Source of the DNA: a virus
Reading direction: 5' to 3' (one strand)
Length of the DNA stretch: 64,000 nt
IMG/VR virus record: IMGVR_UViG_3300027744_000013
Span: 44,087-108,086 of that record
Below the pieces are notes generated by a model that worked only from the letters and a program-made list of their open reading frames with translations, had not been told where the DNA came from and searched no databases. The position numbers were made by a program, and so were the translations under genes. Positions 47,024-56,833 of the stretch are shown here, piece after piece (the stretch's first letter is position 1; each line of letters starts with the position of its first letter).

Positions 47024-48154
47024 ATGACATTCAAGTTCAAATACGAGGACGTTACTAAAAAACCAAATCCAATGGTTAAAATCAATCCTCTCAAACGTGG
47101 ATCTGGTAAGACTGTTAATCTTCAAGATCGAGTTAATACTCTTAACAAGAGTGCGGCTTGGAAGAAAACAATCAAGGCTTGGACTAACCAAAGCAAACAG
47201 TTTGACCTTACACGCTTGCCAAAAGTCTCAATGGAGAAACTTGGATCGATTGATATTGATGAAGACATCCAACGTGCATTAGATGACAAGCATTGTGCTA
47301 ATCGCATTGCTGACCCAGGCTTGTTTGACCCGGCATTGCTACAAACAGCTCAGTGTATTAAAACTACCAAAGGTAAGTTTATTAGTATTGACAGTCAACA
47401 TACTGTTAGTACAGTTGCCGCATTAATTGATGCTGGTCTAGTACCGGGCCACACTGACTGGAGAGAATTTGAATTTCCATTCCAATACATTGAAACTAAT
47501 AATCTAGCCTATGCTCGACGTGCATTTAGTATTCTTAACGGCAAGGGCAAGAAAAAGCAGTCAGCATACCAACAGATGCGTAATAGTATCTTCATCGTGC
47601 GCATTGACAAAGACAAGTCTGATCAGGAAGACGTTGATCTTGAAAAGAAGGTTAGTGTTGCTGAAAAGTACGAGTGCTTTCCGGTTGAGACCGAAAGTGA
47701 CTTGGCTAAGTATCCCGGAACATTTACTAACATTGCTACGTTTAAAACTCTTAATGATGACGAAGTAGAACAATCATGTGAATGGCACCATAAGTATTTT
47801 CACTACGAAAACGTTCACGTTAGTCTGTTCTTTGTGTTCCGTGACTTGTGCCGCCAGTTTGATAGTGCTAAGATCAAGTTGACTCCTAAGTTCCAAGAAG
47901 AACTAGCCGCAATGGTACAAAGTTGCTTTGGTAACTTGTCACAGTTCCAAGAGTCTGTTACAGAAGCACATCGCCGTTGGACTGTACAGCGATATGGTTA
48001 TCAAGCCGCATGGGACGACGATGCCTATGCTTGTGCGTTGATTCAACTATATCAACATTTTGGTGGCAAGGAACGAGTCGCACCTACTTTACTTGACCAC
48101 TTCGACGGACTTATTGAGTTTTTTGACCAAGACATTTTGAACCTAGCTGAATAA
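47024..48154 (+). CDS. ParB/DGQHR-like domain protein
   Basis: IQRALD..IDSQHT..F..LN; own sigma70 promoter at 46967. Confidence 0.5.
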   Translation: MTFKFKYEDVTKKPNPMVKINPLKRGSGKTVNLQDRVNTLNKSAAWKKTIKAWTNQSKQFDLTRLPKVSMEKLGSIDIDEDIQRALDDKHCANRIADPGLFDPALLQTAQCIKTTKGKFISIDSQHTVSTVAALIDAGLVPGHTDWREFEFPFQYIETNNLAYARRAFSILNGKGKKKQSAYQQMRNSIFIVRIDKDKSDQEDVDLEKKVSVAEKYECFPVETESDLAKYPGTFTNIATFKTLNDDEVEQSCEWHHKYFHYENVHVSLFFVFRDLCRQFDSAKIKLTPKFQEELAAMVQSCFGNLSQFQESVTEAHRRWTVQRYGYQAAWDDDAYACALIQLYQHFGGKERVAPTLLDHFDGLIEFFDQDILNLAE

Positions 48155-48498
48155 TGTACTACCTATACCTAATCCAAAGCCCGTTTGGGCGTCCTGGGTT
48201 TGGCATCATGCAAACTCCAAAGGAACGCAATAAACAATACTGTTCACATATGGGCGGAATTGTTAACATGCGGATCTATGGAGGATTGAGAGCCCATGCT
48301 AAAGCATTGGAGCGAACAATTAAAACACAATATGTAGACAACATCTGGACTATTGATGATTGGGAAACAGAGTGGTTAAATGATACTGTGCCTATGATTC
48401 AGTTACAAGAGTATGTAGAAAGTTTAATTGCAGAGCGACACTTTAGACTAAAACTCATTGTGCCAGAGTGGAACTTTACACAAGACCTACCTGATTAA
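48154..48498 (+). CDS. GIY-YIG-like small protein
   Basis: YLYLI....GFGI....R...Y..E; TAATG coupling. Confidence 0.45.
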   Translation: MYYLYLIQSPFGRPGFGIMQTPKERNKQYCSHMGGIVNMRIYGGLRAHAKALERTIKTQYVDNIWTIDDWETEWLNDTVPMIQLQEYVESLIAERHFRLKLIVPEWNFTQDLPD

Positions 48499-48506
48499 AT
48501 ACTAGC

Positions 48507-49325
48507 ATGAGAATACTAGTAACCGGCCATGAGGGATTTATTGGCCGCAATATGCTTGCCTGGCTCAATCAAGAAGAAGGTTGGCACATTGACGGCTATG
48601 AATGGCATCCAACAGAACGTCCTGACGTAAGTGGCTATGACTGGGTAATACACCTGGGTGCTATTGCTGATATGACTTGTAATGATGTAGAAGCCATACT
48701 CAAACAAAACTACGAGTTCTCCCAGTGGTTGTTCAACGAGTGCAATTTGCACGGGGTAAACTTACAGTATGCTAGCTCAAGTAGTGTCTACGGTGATAGT
48801 AAAGACTTTAGTGAATATGCTCCTTGTCATCCACAAACACCTTATGCATGGTCTAAGTACCTCTTTGATCGTTGGTGGCCACAACAGAATGTAAACATAT
48901 ATGTACAGGGGTTCCGTTACTTTAATGTCTACGGCAAGTGGATGCATCTACGAGGCAAACGTGCCAATGCTATTGTCAAGTGGCGCACACAAGCCCGCAA
49001 AGAAGGCAAGATCACAGTATGGGAAAATGCTGAACATATCCGTCGAGATTGGACTTGGGTTGGTGATGTATGTCGTTTACACATAGACTTTATCAAAGAG
49101 GTTAACGGTTCCGGTATATGGAATTGTGGTGCAGGGTTAACCCACAGCTTTCTAGATATTGCAGAAGAAATAGCAGAACAAGAGAGTGTAGAGTTAGAGT
49201 TTGAACCTGTGCCAGATGCTGAAAAACAGCGTATGCGACACACTACAAAGGCTGATCTAACCAAGTTAAAAGCCACTATAGGCAAGCGTAAATGGTTAAA
49301 TGTATTTGAGTTCTTAGCCCAGTAA
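48507..49325 (+). CDS. ADP-heptose 6-epimerase-like extended SDR
   Basis: TGHEGFIG, YASSSSVYG, YAWSK, RYFNVYG, T.AD.TKL. Confidence 0.82.
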   Translation: MRILVTGHEGFIGRNMLAWLNQEEGWHIDGYEWHPTERPDVSGYDWVIHLGAIADMTCNDVEAILKQNYEFSQWLFNECNLHGVNLQYASSSSVYGDSKDFSEYAPCHPQTPYAWSKYLFDRWWPQQNVNIYVQGFRYFNVYGKWMHLRGKRANAIVKWRTQARKEGKITVWENAEHIRRDWTWVGDVCRLHIDFIKEVNGSGIWNCGAGLTHSFLDIAEEIAEQESVELEFEPVPDAEKQRMRHTTKADLTKLKATIGKRKWLNVFEFLAQ

Positions 49326-49344
49326 GAACAATAAATACATAACT

Positions 49345-49716
49345 ATGAGAGCAAAAGAATTCACCACCGAAGGTGCCATCGGCACACACCCTAAACGCCC
49401 GGCTCGTCCTGGAAGCCGTCCTGATCGAGGGCATACTACAGAATCTCGATATAAAACAGTATGTGAATACTGTGGTACATCACACGATAAAGTTTTAGAC
49501 GAGCATGGTAAAGCATCACGTGAACTATGTAAAAGTTCTAAGCCCGACGCAGACTTAGGTGCTAGTATGCTGTCAAGTTGTAAGTCACAAGGCCTACGTG
49601 CCCGTGATGGTGAGAAATCACATAAGCTAGGCAAAGATAAAAAGAGTCGTATTAAAGTAGGAGGGCACCGTATCAAAGGACAGAAGTACGGAGGTCCCTT
49701 GCCTGACTGGAGTTAA
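49345..49716 (+). CDS. Basic putative head-packaged protein
   Basis: TAAATA; MRAKEFTTE. Confidence 0.6.
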   Translation: MRAKEFTTEGAIGTHPKRPARPGSRPDRGHTTESRYKTVCEYCGTSHDKVLDEHGKASRELCKSSKPDADLGASMLSSCKSQGLRARDGEKSHKLGKDKKSRIKVGGHRIKGQKYGGPLPDWS

Positions 49717-49717
49717 T

Positions 49718-50278
49718 ATGCGATTCAACGAATTTAAAAATGTTAACGAAAACCTAGATAATATACTTGGCGCTATAATGGGCAAAGCTGGTATAGATAT
49801 CACAGCTGGCAATAAGACAACAGATGCAAATAATATATCTATGGATGTAAATAAGCCAGCCAGCGATACAACATTTAAAGCTCATCCAGGGATAACATTA
49901 CGAACATCAACAGGCATTGAAATGCCTGCAAACGGCTCACTAACTAGCCCATTTGGACAACGTGCAAGAGGCATGCATTGGGGAACTGACATTGCAGTAC
50001 CGGTTGGAACACCAGTCAAAGCTCCTGAAGATTGTTTTGTTGGATCTATTGACAACAATAGTATAGCCGGATTACATGTTAATTTAACTGATGGTGCCGG
50101 ACGATTAAAACATCGACTATTACATTTGTCACAAGTAAAAGTTAAACTAGGACAACTGGTTAGAAAAGGCGATGTAGTAGCACTGAGCGGCAACAGTGGA
50201 AATTCTACTGGTCCTCACTTACACTGGGAAAAATATGTTGCCGGCCGTCCAGTAGACCCAATGAAGTATATAGGATAA
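49718..50278 (+). CDS. M23 peptidase
   Basis: HWGTD, H, STGPHLHWE. Confidence 0.9.
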   Translation: MRFNEFKNVNENLDNILGAIMGKAGIDITAGNKTTDANNISMDVNKPASDTTFKAHPGITLRTSTGIEMPANGSLTSPFGQRARGMHWGTDIAVPVGTPVKAPEDCFVGSIDNNSIAGLHVNLTDGAGRLKHRLLHLSQVKVKLGQLVRKGDVVALSGNSGNSTGPHLHWEKYVAGRPVDPMKYIG

Positions 50279-50280
50279 TT

Positions 50281-51015
50281 ATGCGATATTCAGAATTTAA
50301 AAAGATCAACGAGGACTTAGACGGCATACTTAATGCCATCATGGGTAAAGCTGGAGTAAACGTTGCGGCCTTCAATAAAACTGAGACTGACAAACTAGCT
50401 GCCGCTGACAAGCCAGCTACTCCTAGTACGGAAAAGCCAACTACTCCCAGTACGGAAAAGCCAACTACTCCTAGTACTGAAAAGCCAACTACTCCTGAAC
50501 CCCAAACATCAGTCACAGTGTCAAATGGTTATACTCCTAAAGGTGCCACACCAGAACAAATGAAACAGTTTGGTCCTAGTTCTAAAGACAAGATCAACTG
50601 GAGAGAAATGCGTTCTTACATAGCAAACAAGCTAAGTTTTAACCATGCAGTCGCTATGGTAGTAAACTGTAAATGGGAAAGCGGTTGGCAACCGGGTCGT
50701 TGGGTACACAGTGATGCTAGCCAAGGACCAAGTGGTGGATTGTTTATGTTTCACGATCTTACCTTTAGTGGTAAGGGGTTCTTTAGTTCAATGGCGCAAG
50801 CCTGTGGCGGCCCCGGCAAGTGGCAAACTAACTGGCAAGGACAAATTGATTTTGCCTTGTCATCACGTATAGGAAAAGGGCCAGCATTTGCCGCTAGAAC
50901 ATTTAAATCACCTGAAGAAGCAACGTACTGGTTTTGCGTAGAGTTTGAACGTCCACAAGATAAAGAGGCAAAGGGAAGAGAACGTGCCAAAGAAGCGCAA
51001 CTCTATAGTAAGTAA
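50281..51015 (+). CDS. Phage tail-lysozyme-like muramidase with EKPTTPST repeats
   Basis: N..WESG, GLF, QIDF, FERP; 24-bp repeats at 50410-50497. Confidence 0.7.
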   Translation: MRYSEFKKINEDLDGILNAIMGKAGVNVAAFNKTETDKLAAADKPATPSTEKPTTPSTEKPTTPSTEKPTTPEPQTSVTVSNGYTPKGATPEQMKQFGPSSKDKINWREMRSYIANKLSFNHAVAMVVNCKWESGWQPGRWVHSDASQGPSGGLFMFHDLTFSGKGFFSSMAQACGGPGKWQTNWQGQIDFALSSRIGKGPAFAARTFKSPEEATYWFCVEFERPQDKEAKGRERAKEAQLYSK

Positions 51016-51030
51016 CAATAAATATCTCAT

Positions 51031-51579
51031 ATGAATATTGTTGGTAATTTAATAATCGCGCCGCCTGCTGTAAAAGGTAACTTCTGGCACAAGACTGTTA
51101 TCATGGTAACAGAACATCACTCCCAAGGCAGTGTAGGACTAGTGTTGAACAAGCGTAGTCAAATGAGCATTGTAGAGTTTGGTGAACAACTAGGACATCA
51201 AGTTGATGTTCCTGGATTTGTTTATCTAGGTGGCCCTGTTAATGTTAAGAGCCTGAGCTTCTTACACAGTAACGAATGGACCTGCAAGAACACAATGCAA
51301 ATAAACGATGAGTTTAGTATAAGTTCAGCAGATGATATATTACCTAGACTAGCTATGGGAGACCGCCCGGAGCAATGGCGTTTATTTTTGGGCATGTGCG
51401 GTTGGAGTCCGGGGCAGTTAGTTGGCGAGATCAAAGGTCAAACCCCCTGGAATGAAGAAACAAGTTGGTGTTTGGCCAGTGCCGATTACGAACTAGTATA
51501 CGGGTCAGACACTAAGGATCAATGGTGCAATGCCCTTGATCGAAGTGGTTTAGAGTTCGCTCAAAGCATATTGACGTAA
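51031..51579 (+). CDS. YqgE/AlgH (DUF179) family protein
   Basis: GLVLNK, GGPV, GWSPGQL..EI...W. Confidence 0.85.
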   Translation: MNIVGNLIIAPPAVKGNFWHKTVIMVTEHHSQGSVGLVLNKRSQMSIVEFGEQLGHQVDVPGFVYLGGPVNVKSLSFLHSNEWTCKNTMQINDEFSISSADDILPRLAMGDRPEQWRLFLGMCGWSPGQLVGEIKGQTPWNEETSWCLASADYELVYGSDTKDQWCNALDRSGLEFAQSILT

Positions 51580-51650
51580 ATACAAATTGAGCGTACAATG
51601 TACACTTAACTGGTTGGGTCTGTAAAACACAACACAGAAAGAGGTTCAAA

Positions 51651-52166
51651 GTGGCAGATACTTTAGTATTAAATGCAGACGGGTTGCCGGTAAGCGTCCT
51701 TCCGTTAAGCACAATCACATGGGAAGAGTCAATCAAATACATGGTTTTAGACAAGGCCGATGTATTGCTTTATCACGAGAATTGGATTGTGCATTCAGCC
51801 CGTTGGGAAACCCAAGTTCCATCAGTTATCATGTTACGTGAGTATATGAAGCCAAAGAACGCAGTACGTTTCAGTCGGGCTAATGTATACCTACGAGACA
51901 GTGGCAAGTGTCAATATTGCAGTACAAGTATTGAACGCAAAGAAGCAACGCTGGATCACGTGATTCCAGTTAGCCAAGGTGGCAAGACCACATGGGAAAA
52001 CACATGTACAGCGTGTGCTCCATGTAATGCGGCCAAGGCCGACAAGACCAAAGGATGGAAGCCTAAAGTCAAACCTTACAAGCCCGACTTCTATGATCTT
52101 GTAAATAAGCGCAAGAAACAAGAATTCAATGTGAGGTTCGAAGAATGGTTACAATTCATCCGGTAA
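51651..52166 (+). CDS. HNH endonuclease
   Basis: RD...CQYC, TLDHVIP...GG..WEN...C..CN. Confidence 0.88.
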   Translation: MADTLVLNADGLPVSVLPLSTITWEESIKYMVLDKADVLLYHENWIVHSARWETQVPSVIMLREYMKPKNAVRFSRANVYLRDSGKCQYCSTSIERKEATLDHVIPVSQGGKTTWENTCTACAPCNAAKADKTKGWKPKVKPYKPDFYDLVNKRKKQEFNVRFEEWLQFIR

Positions 52167-52582
52167 AGCGTTTCCTATGGAAAGTCCTAGGATTCATTAG
52201 TTTAGGTATGGCGTATGTTGGGTTAATTACACCCGGCATACCCTACAGTATTTTTGTAGTGGCCGCCGCCTATTGTTTTGCCAAAGGTTCGCCTAAGATG
52301 CACGCCTGGCTATACAATCACAAACTGTTTGGCCCGTTCCTAACCAACTGGAATACCAAGCGTGTATTCCCTAATAAGATGAAATACTTCATGCTAGCCA
52401 TGATGACATCAAGTTTGCTGATCATGTGGTTTACAGGGGTTAAACCTATTGGTATATTAAGTACAGGCATCTTCATGTTGTTTGTAGCAGTATGGGCGTG
52501 GCGCTGGCCTGGCAGTGTAGAAGAACACGACCAACGTATTGCAGAAGGCCGCAAGATAGGCTGGTTTAACAATAATTTCTAA
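52145..52582 (+). CDS. YbaN/DUF454 inner-membrane protein
   Basis: G...PGIP...F...A..CF...S...H.WL.....FGP. Confidence 0.8.
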   Translation: MVTIHPVKRFLWKVLGFISLGMAYVGLITPGIPYSIFVVAAAYCFAKGSPKMHAWLYNHKLFGPFLTNWNTKRVFPNKMKYFMLAMMTSSLLIMWFTGVKPIGILSTGIFMLFVAVWAWRWPGSVEEHDQRIAEGRKIGWFNNNF

Positions 52583-52609
52583 TAAATACTCTGTTAACAC
52601 GGAGTTTAT

Positions 52610-53044
52610 ATGAAGAAGCTATTAGCAGTATTATTGTTAGTCCCAGTACTAGCATTTGCACAAAAAACACCCCAAGGCGTTACATATGACGCACAAATTA
52701 TCAGAGTAACGGATGGCGATACAGTTGTTATCGCCGCACCCTTTCTACCTGCACCCCTTAAGCCCGAACTTGCGGTACGAGTCTATGGAGTCGATACTCC
52801 GGAAAAAGGATTTAGAGGTCAATGCGACAGCGAAAAGCAACGTGGTGAAGCCGCTTCCGTTTTCACTAAAGGTCTCATTAATGCCAGCCAACAGCGACAA
52901 GTCATTCTATATGGTTGGGATAAATTTGGTGGTCGTGTTTTGGGCGACCTCATTCTAAACGGACAGAGCTTACGTGCTCAATTAATTGCTAACGGATTTG
53001 CGAGAGAATATTATGGTGATGCTAAACAAAGTTGGTGTAACTGA
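52610..53044 (+). CDS. Thermonuclease (SNase) with signal peptide
   Basis: DGDT, RVYGVDTPE, DKFGGRVL, L...G.A. Confidence 0.88.
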   Translation: MKKLLAVLLLVPVLAFAQKTPQGVTYDAQIIRVTDGDTVVIAAPFLPAPLKPELAVRVYGVDTPEKGFRGQCDSEKQRGEAASVFTKGLINASQQRQVILYGWDKFGGRVLGDLILNGQSLRAQLIANGFAREYYGDAKQSWCN

Positions 53045-53253
53045 TGAACCCTAATGACTACCCAGTATACCCAGAGGACGATGGATATGATAGACCGCGC
53101 AACCCTTACAGTCCTGTGTAATAAATTTATCACAGGCCTAGCCATTTATGGTATTGGCATGAGCCTAGCTTATGCTGGATACATTGGACAAACTTATGAT
53201 ACAAACTATGATTGGTGCGATCCTAGATTCTGTTGCCCACCGGAGAATAACAA

Positions 53254-53886
53254 ATGAAAATATCTGAGATCATTAGCGAGGTTTTAGATATAACTGGGCC
53301 TGCACCTGAGACTAAGTGGCATACCAGTAAGGACAGCGGTAGTACAGTAGCTAAGTGGACAGATGATACTGGTAAAGAAATACAAACTGTGATATCACCA
53401 ATCCACTATTCCTCCCCACAAGCAAAAGATGGCGTTAGTGTAGAGTTTAATAGAAATAAAAACTTTGATATCTCCGGCGACAGTAGTGGTGCAACGCCAA
53501 AGATTCTAACAGGAGTAGTTCGAAATCTCAAACATTACCTTGATACAAGACCAGATATAAATTCACTTTATTTTACCAGTGTAGAACCTAGTAGAACTAA
53601 AGCATATCTACGTATGATAGATCGACTGGCACCAACAATGGGGTTAATAGGTACTCGCATAGCAGATGGCCCTGATGGAACCAGGTTTGCCCTTACTAGA
53701 GCTCAACCTGCCCAAAAACATGTGCCGTTAGTTAACAAAGAGAAAAGTCCAAGCGCATTACCAACTCCGCCGTTGCCAACAAATCAGAATAGCGGCAATT
53801 TTACTAACAGAATGACTAGCGGTGGTGGCATGGGAAGCCAGCGCCTTGATCGTAATCTAAACCCAATGAAACTTCCAAATACTTAA
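53254..53886 (+). CDS. Putative head-packaged protein
   Basis: MKISEIISE. Confidence 0.6.
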   Translation: MKISEIISEVLDITGPAPETKWHTSKDSGSTVAKWTDDTGKEIQTVISPIHYSSPQAKDGVSVEFNRNKNFDISGDSSGATPKILTGVVRNLKHYLDTRPDINSLYFTSVEPSRTKAYLRMIDRLAPTMGLIGTRIADGPDGTRFALTRAQPAQKHVPLVNKEKSPSALPTPPLPTNQNSGNFTNRMTSGGGMGSQRLDRNLNPMKLPNT

Positions 53887-53887
53887 T

Positions 53888-54565
53888 ATGAAAATATCCG
53901 AATTACTTAACGAAGACTGGAACAAGGTCAACAAGAAAGACAAGACAGATGGTCTAAGTCAAAAAGCTGTCAATGCTTATCGCAGAGAGAATCCAGGCAG
54001 CAAATTAAAAACTGCTGTTACTACCAAACCTAGTAAATTAAAAGCTGGTAGTAAAGCAGCCAAGCGCCGCAAGAGTTTTTGTGCTAGGATGGGCGGCAAC
54101 AAAGGTCCTATGAAAAAGCCTAATGGTAAGCCTACTCCTAAAGCGTTGGCCTTACGCCGCTGGAACTGTGAAAGCATTGAACAAATGCAAGAGTTAATCA
54201 TGTTAGGCGAAACACACATTGCAGAATTGAAACAGAGACTGGATCCCAAATGCTGGAAGGGTAAACATAAAGAAGGCACCAAGATCAAAGGCGGTGTTCG
54301 TGTTAATAACTGTGTACCTAACGAAAGTGTATCGGAAAGCGAAAAAAAACGCTGTCTACAATGTGGTATGACTAACTGTAGCTGTAAACCAGGTACCTGT
54401 AAATGTAAACCTATTGCTGGTTGGGTTCCGGGCAAAGGATTTAAGAAAGCAATAGATGAAGCCGCCCTAGAAGAAAAATGGACACAGAAGTATAAGAGCT
54501 CAATCAACTGTGCTAGCCCTAAGGGATTCTCTCAAAAGGCGCATTGTGCAGGTAAGAAAAAATGA
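53888..54565 (+). CDS. Modular basic/Cys-rich putative head-packaged polyprotein
   Basis: MKISELLNE; RRKSFCARM, CWKG, INC..PKGFSQKAHC modules. Confidence 0.65.
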   Translation: MKISELLNEDWNKVNKKDKTDGLSQKAVNAYRRENPGSKLKTAVTTKPSKLKAGSKAAKRRKSFCARMGGNKGPMKKPNGKPTPKALALRRWNCESIEQMQELIMLGETHIAELKQRLDPKCWKGKHKEGTKIKGGVRVNNCVPNESVSESEKKRCLQCGMTNCSCKPGTCKCKPIAGWVPGKGFKKAIDEAALEEKWTQKYKSSINCASPKGFSQKAHCAGKKK

Positions 54566-55239
54566 GAGCTAGTGATTTTGAAATCAGCAACTATTCTAAG
54601 TTAGATGCAATATTATCTAAACTCTGTGACCTAGTTGAAAAAGGACAATCCAGTAATAAAGATTATGGTATGGTTGCGTCTGCTGTGTTAGATCCCAATA
54701 ACAAATTAGTTGCTAGATTAAATCGTCCTGCTAGCAACGGAAAAAGAATTCATGCAGAACGTGCTGCCATGGAAGCATATGAGAAACAACATGGTTCAAT
54801 TCCAAGCGGCAGTATTATAATCACTACACTGAGTCCTTGTGATCAAACACATACGGATGAGCGTTATGGTGAAAGTTGTACCAATGTTGTGAATCAATCT
54901 AATGTAAAGAAAGTCTACTGTGGATATATAGATCCTACAGAAAAAGAAGATGATGACGCAAGACAATTTACTCTGTTAGAAACAACAGATTCATCATTAC
55001 GAGATAAGTGTAAGAAATTTGCCAGTACATTTTTAGATAATGTAACTGAAAGCATAACACCTAACACTATACACAAATTGGCAGACCGTAAGGGCGTTAA
55101 ATGGGATAATGAACCCAGTTTCCTTCGTCTTACCAAACGATTAACGGGCAAAGAGCACTTGGATGACTTAGACCAATCAGAGTTACAACAAGTTAAAAAA
55201 CATTTAGAGAAACAAAGTGTGACTGAAGGCTTGAAATAA
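54562..55239 (+). CDS. Cytidine-deaminase-fold protein
   Basis: HAE..TLSPC..C. Confidence 0.75.
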   Translation: MRASDFEISNYSKLDAILSKLCDLVEKGQSSNKDYGMVASAVLDPNNKLVARLNRPASNGKRIHAERAAMEAYEKQHGSIPSGSIIITTLSPCDQTHTDERYGESCTNVVNQSNVKKVYCGYIDPTEKEDDDARQFTLLETTDSSLRDKCKKFASTFLDNVTESITPNTIHKLADRKGVKWDNEPSFLRLTKRLTGKEHLDDLDQSELQQVKKHLEKQSVTEGLK

Positions 55240-55240
55240 A

Positions 55241-56167
55241 ATGAGAGTGCAAGAATTTACTCCACGTAAATTAGTTATCTTTGACATAGATGACACCCTA
55301 GTTCACACACAAACAAAAGTTCATGTTGTTAAAGACAGGCGGGTCATTAACAGTCTAAACAGCCACAATTTTACACACTACAAATTACAAGACGGTGAGA
55401 AGTTTGATTTTGGAGACTTTGCCAATGCAAAAGAATTCTTCAACAATGCTAAACCAATCATACCTATGCTTAATCAACTTAAGAATGATATTGCTACAGG
55501 CAATAAAGTTGTTATGGTTACTGCCCGTGCTGACTTTGATGACCGCGAATTATTCTTAGACACGTTCCGCAAGTATGGTGTTGACATGGGCAAGGTCCAT
55601 GTTTATCGTGCAGGTAACATGCAAGGTAAGATGCAAACAGAAGAAAAGAAAAAGATTATTATACGTGATTTATTAAACAAAGGCAATTATACCAAAGCTA
55701 TTATGTACGATGATGCTGTGCCTAATTTGGAATCATTTGTAGAACTCAAAGATGAATATCCACAAACTAAATTCTATGCGTGGCAGGTGAGCTTAGAAGG
55801 TGAAGCAAGTGAGTATCACCGTACTAATGAAGATCAGACTTTAGAAGAACGTAAGAAAAAACGCAAACCTCGCAGAGCCGCATATGGTCCTAGTCTATAT
55901 GGTGGTTACGGATATTTCTCAAACTATGGCAACAGCGACAGTAGTGGAGACGCTGGTGGCGGTGATGGTGGCGGTGGAGAAAGCATTAAGAATGAAAACT
56001 TTGCTGATGGAAAGAATCCCCAAGACAAAGGCGATGCCAAACGCCACGGTGTCAATACCAAAGCATCAGTAAGTAGCTTGCGTAAAACTGCCAAGCAAGG
56101 TGGACGCAAGGGACAACTAGCACACTGGCTAGCCAATATGAAAGCAGGAAGGGCAAAAAAGAAATGA
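55241..56167 (+). CDS. HAD phosphatase with basic C-terminal modules
   Basis: IFDIDDTL, VTAR, K, YDD...NL. Confidence 0.78.
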   Translation: MRVQEFTPRKLVIFDIDDTLVHTQTKVHVVKDRRVINSLNSHNFTHYKLQDGEKFDFGDFANAKEFFNNAKPIIPMLNQLKNDIATGNKVVMVTARADFDDRELFLDTFRKYGVDMGKVHVYRAGNMQGKMQTEEKKKIIIRDLLNKGNYTKAIMYDDAVPNLESFVELKDEYPQTKFYAWQVSLEGEASEYHRTNEDQTLEERKKKRKPRRAAYGPSLYGGYGYFSNYGNSDSSGDAGGGDGGGGESIKNENFADGKNPQDKGDAKRHGVNTKASVSSLRKTAKQGGRKGQLAHWLANMKAGRAKKK

Positions 56168-56547
56168 AAAAACTATTATTGATTGCGGCATTTTTAAGTT
56201 TAACAGGCTGTGCCAGCATTATGGAATACATTCCCAGCAGTTGGGATGTTAATCAAGCCAAGAGCATAACAGATATACAACAACAGGTTAGACACTTTGA
56301 TTGTAAAACAGACTTGAAACCACAAGTTGATCAGCTGGCCAAGAATGTAGAATGGTTTGACATCTACAGTCAGACCAAACCCACACGTGACATAAACAAA
56401 CTAACAGGCACTATCAAAGATACTGTTAAAGAATTGCAAGAGCGTGTAGCCAAAGGTCCGGTGAGTCCATTATACTGTGACCTAAAGAAGAAGATTATAC
56501 AACAACAAGCAGACATACTGGCTAAATCAGTACAAGGGAGATTCTAA
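56164..56547 (+). CDS. Lipoprotein
   Basis: Lipobox LTGC. Confidence 0.7.
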   Translation: MKKLLLIAAFLSLTGCASIMEYIPSSWDVNQAKSITDIQQQVRHFDCKTDLKPQVDQLAKNVEWFDIYSQTKPTRDINKLTGTIKDTVKELQERVAKGPVSPLYCDLKKKIIQQQADILAKSVQGRF

Positions 56548-56777
56548 TGAGTGCATTAGCAGAGTTAATGAACAGTGGTAACACTTGGGCCGCAGAACGT
56601 GCCCAGTATGCACTACAAGTACACCAAGCTGTGGGTGCTGGACAACTAAGCGCCAGCGAAGCCAAAGAGATCTTACAAGATTTAATCAGTACAGATAAAC
56701 TAGAAGAAGCGGCCGCCGACCAACAAGCCCGTGCCGCTTTGGTATTTGGCGTTACTCAATTAATTTCCCTTTATTAG
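56547..56777 (+). CDS. Hypothetical protein
   Basis: TAATG coupling. Confidence 0.6.
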   Translation: MSALAELMNSGNTWAAERAQYALQVHQAVGAGQLSASEAKEILQDLISTDKLEEAAADQQARAALVFGVTQLISLY

Positions 56778-56833
56778 TCAAATCTAGTTGACCTTACGGT
56801 CGTTATAGTATAAAATATACTAAAGGACTGACA

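Noticed and set aside
48309-48316. Extra GGAGCGAA match
   Set aside because: It lies inside a coding sequence, not before a start codon; likely chance.
53044-53257. Programmed frameshift between overlapping small ORFs (53044-53121 and 53054-53257)
   Set aside because: No slippery site was recognised, and the true frame cannot be decided without homologs.
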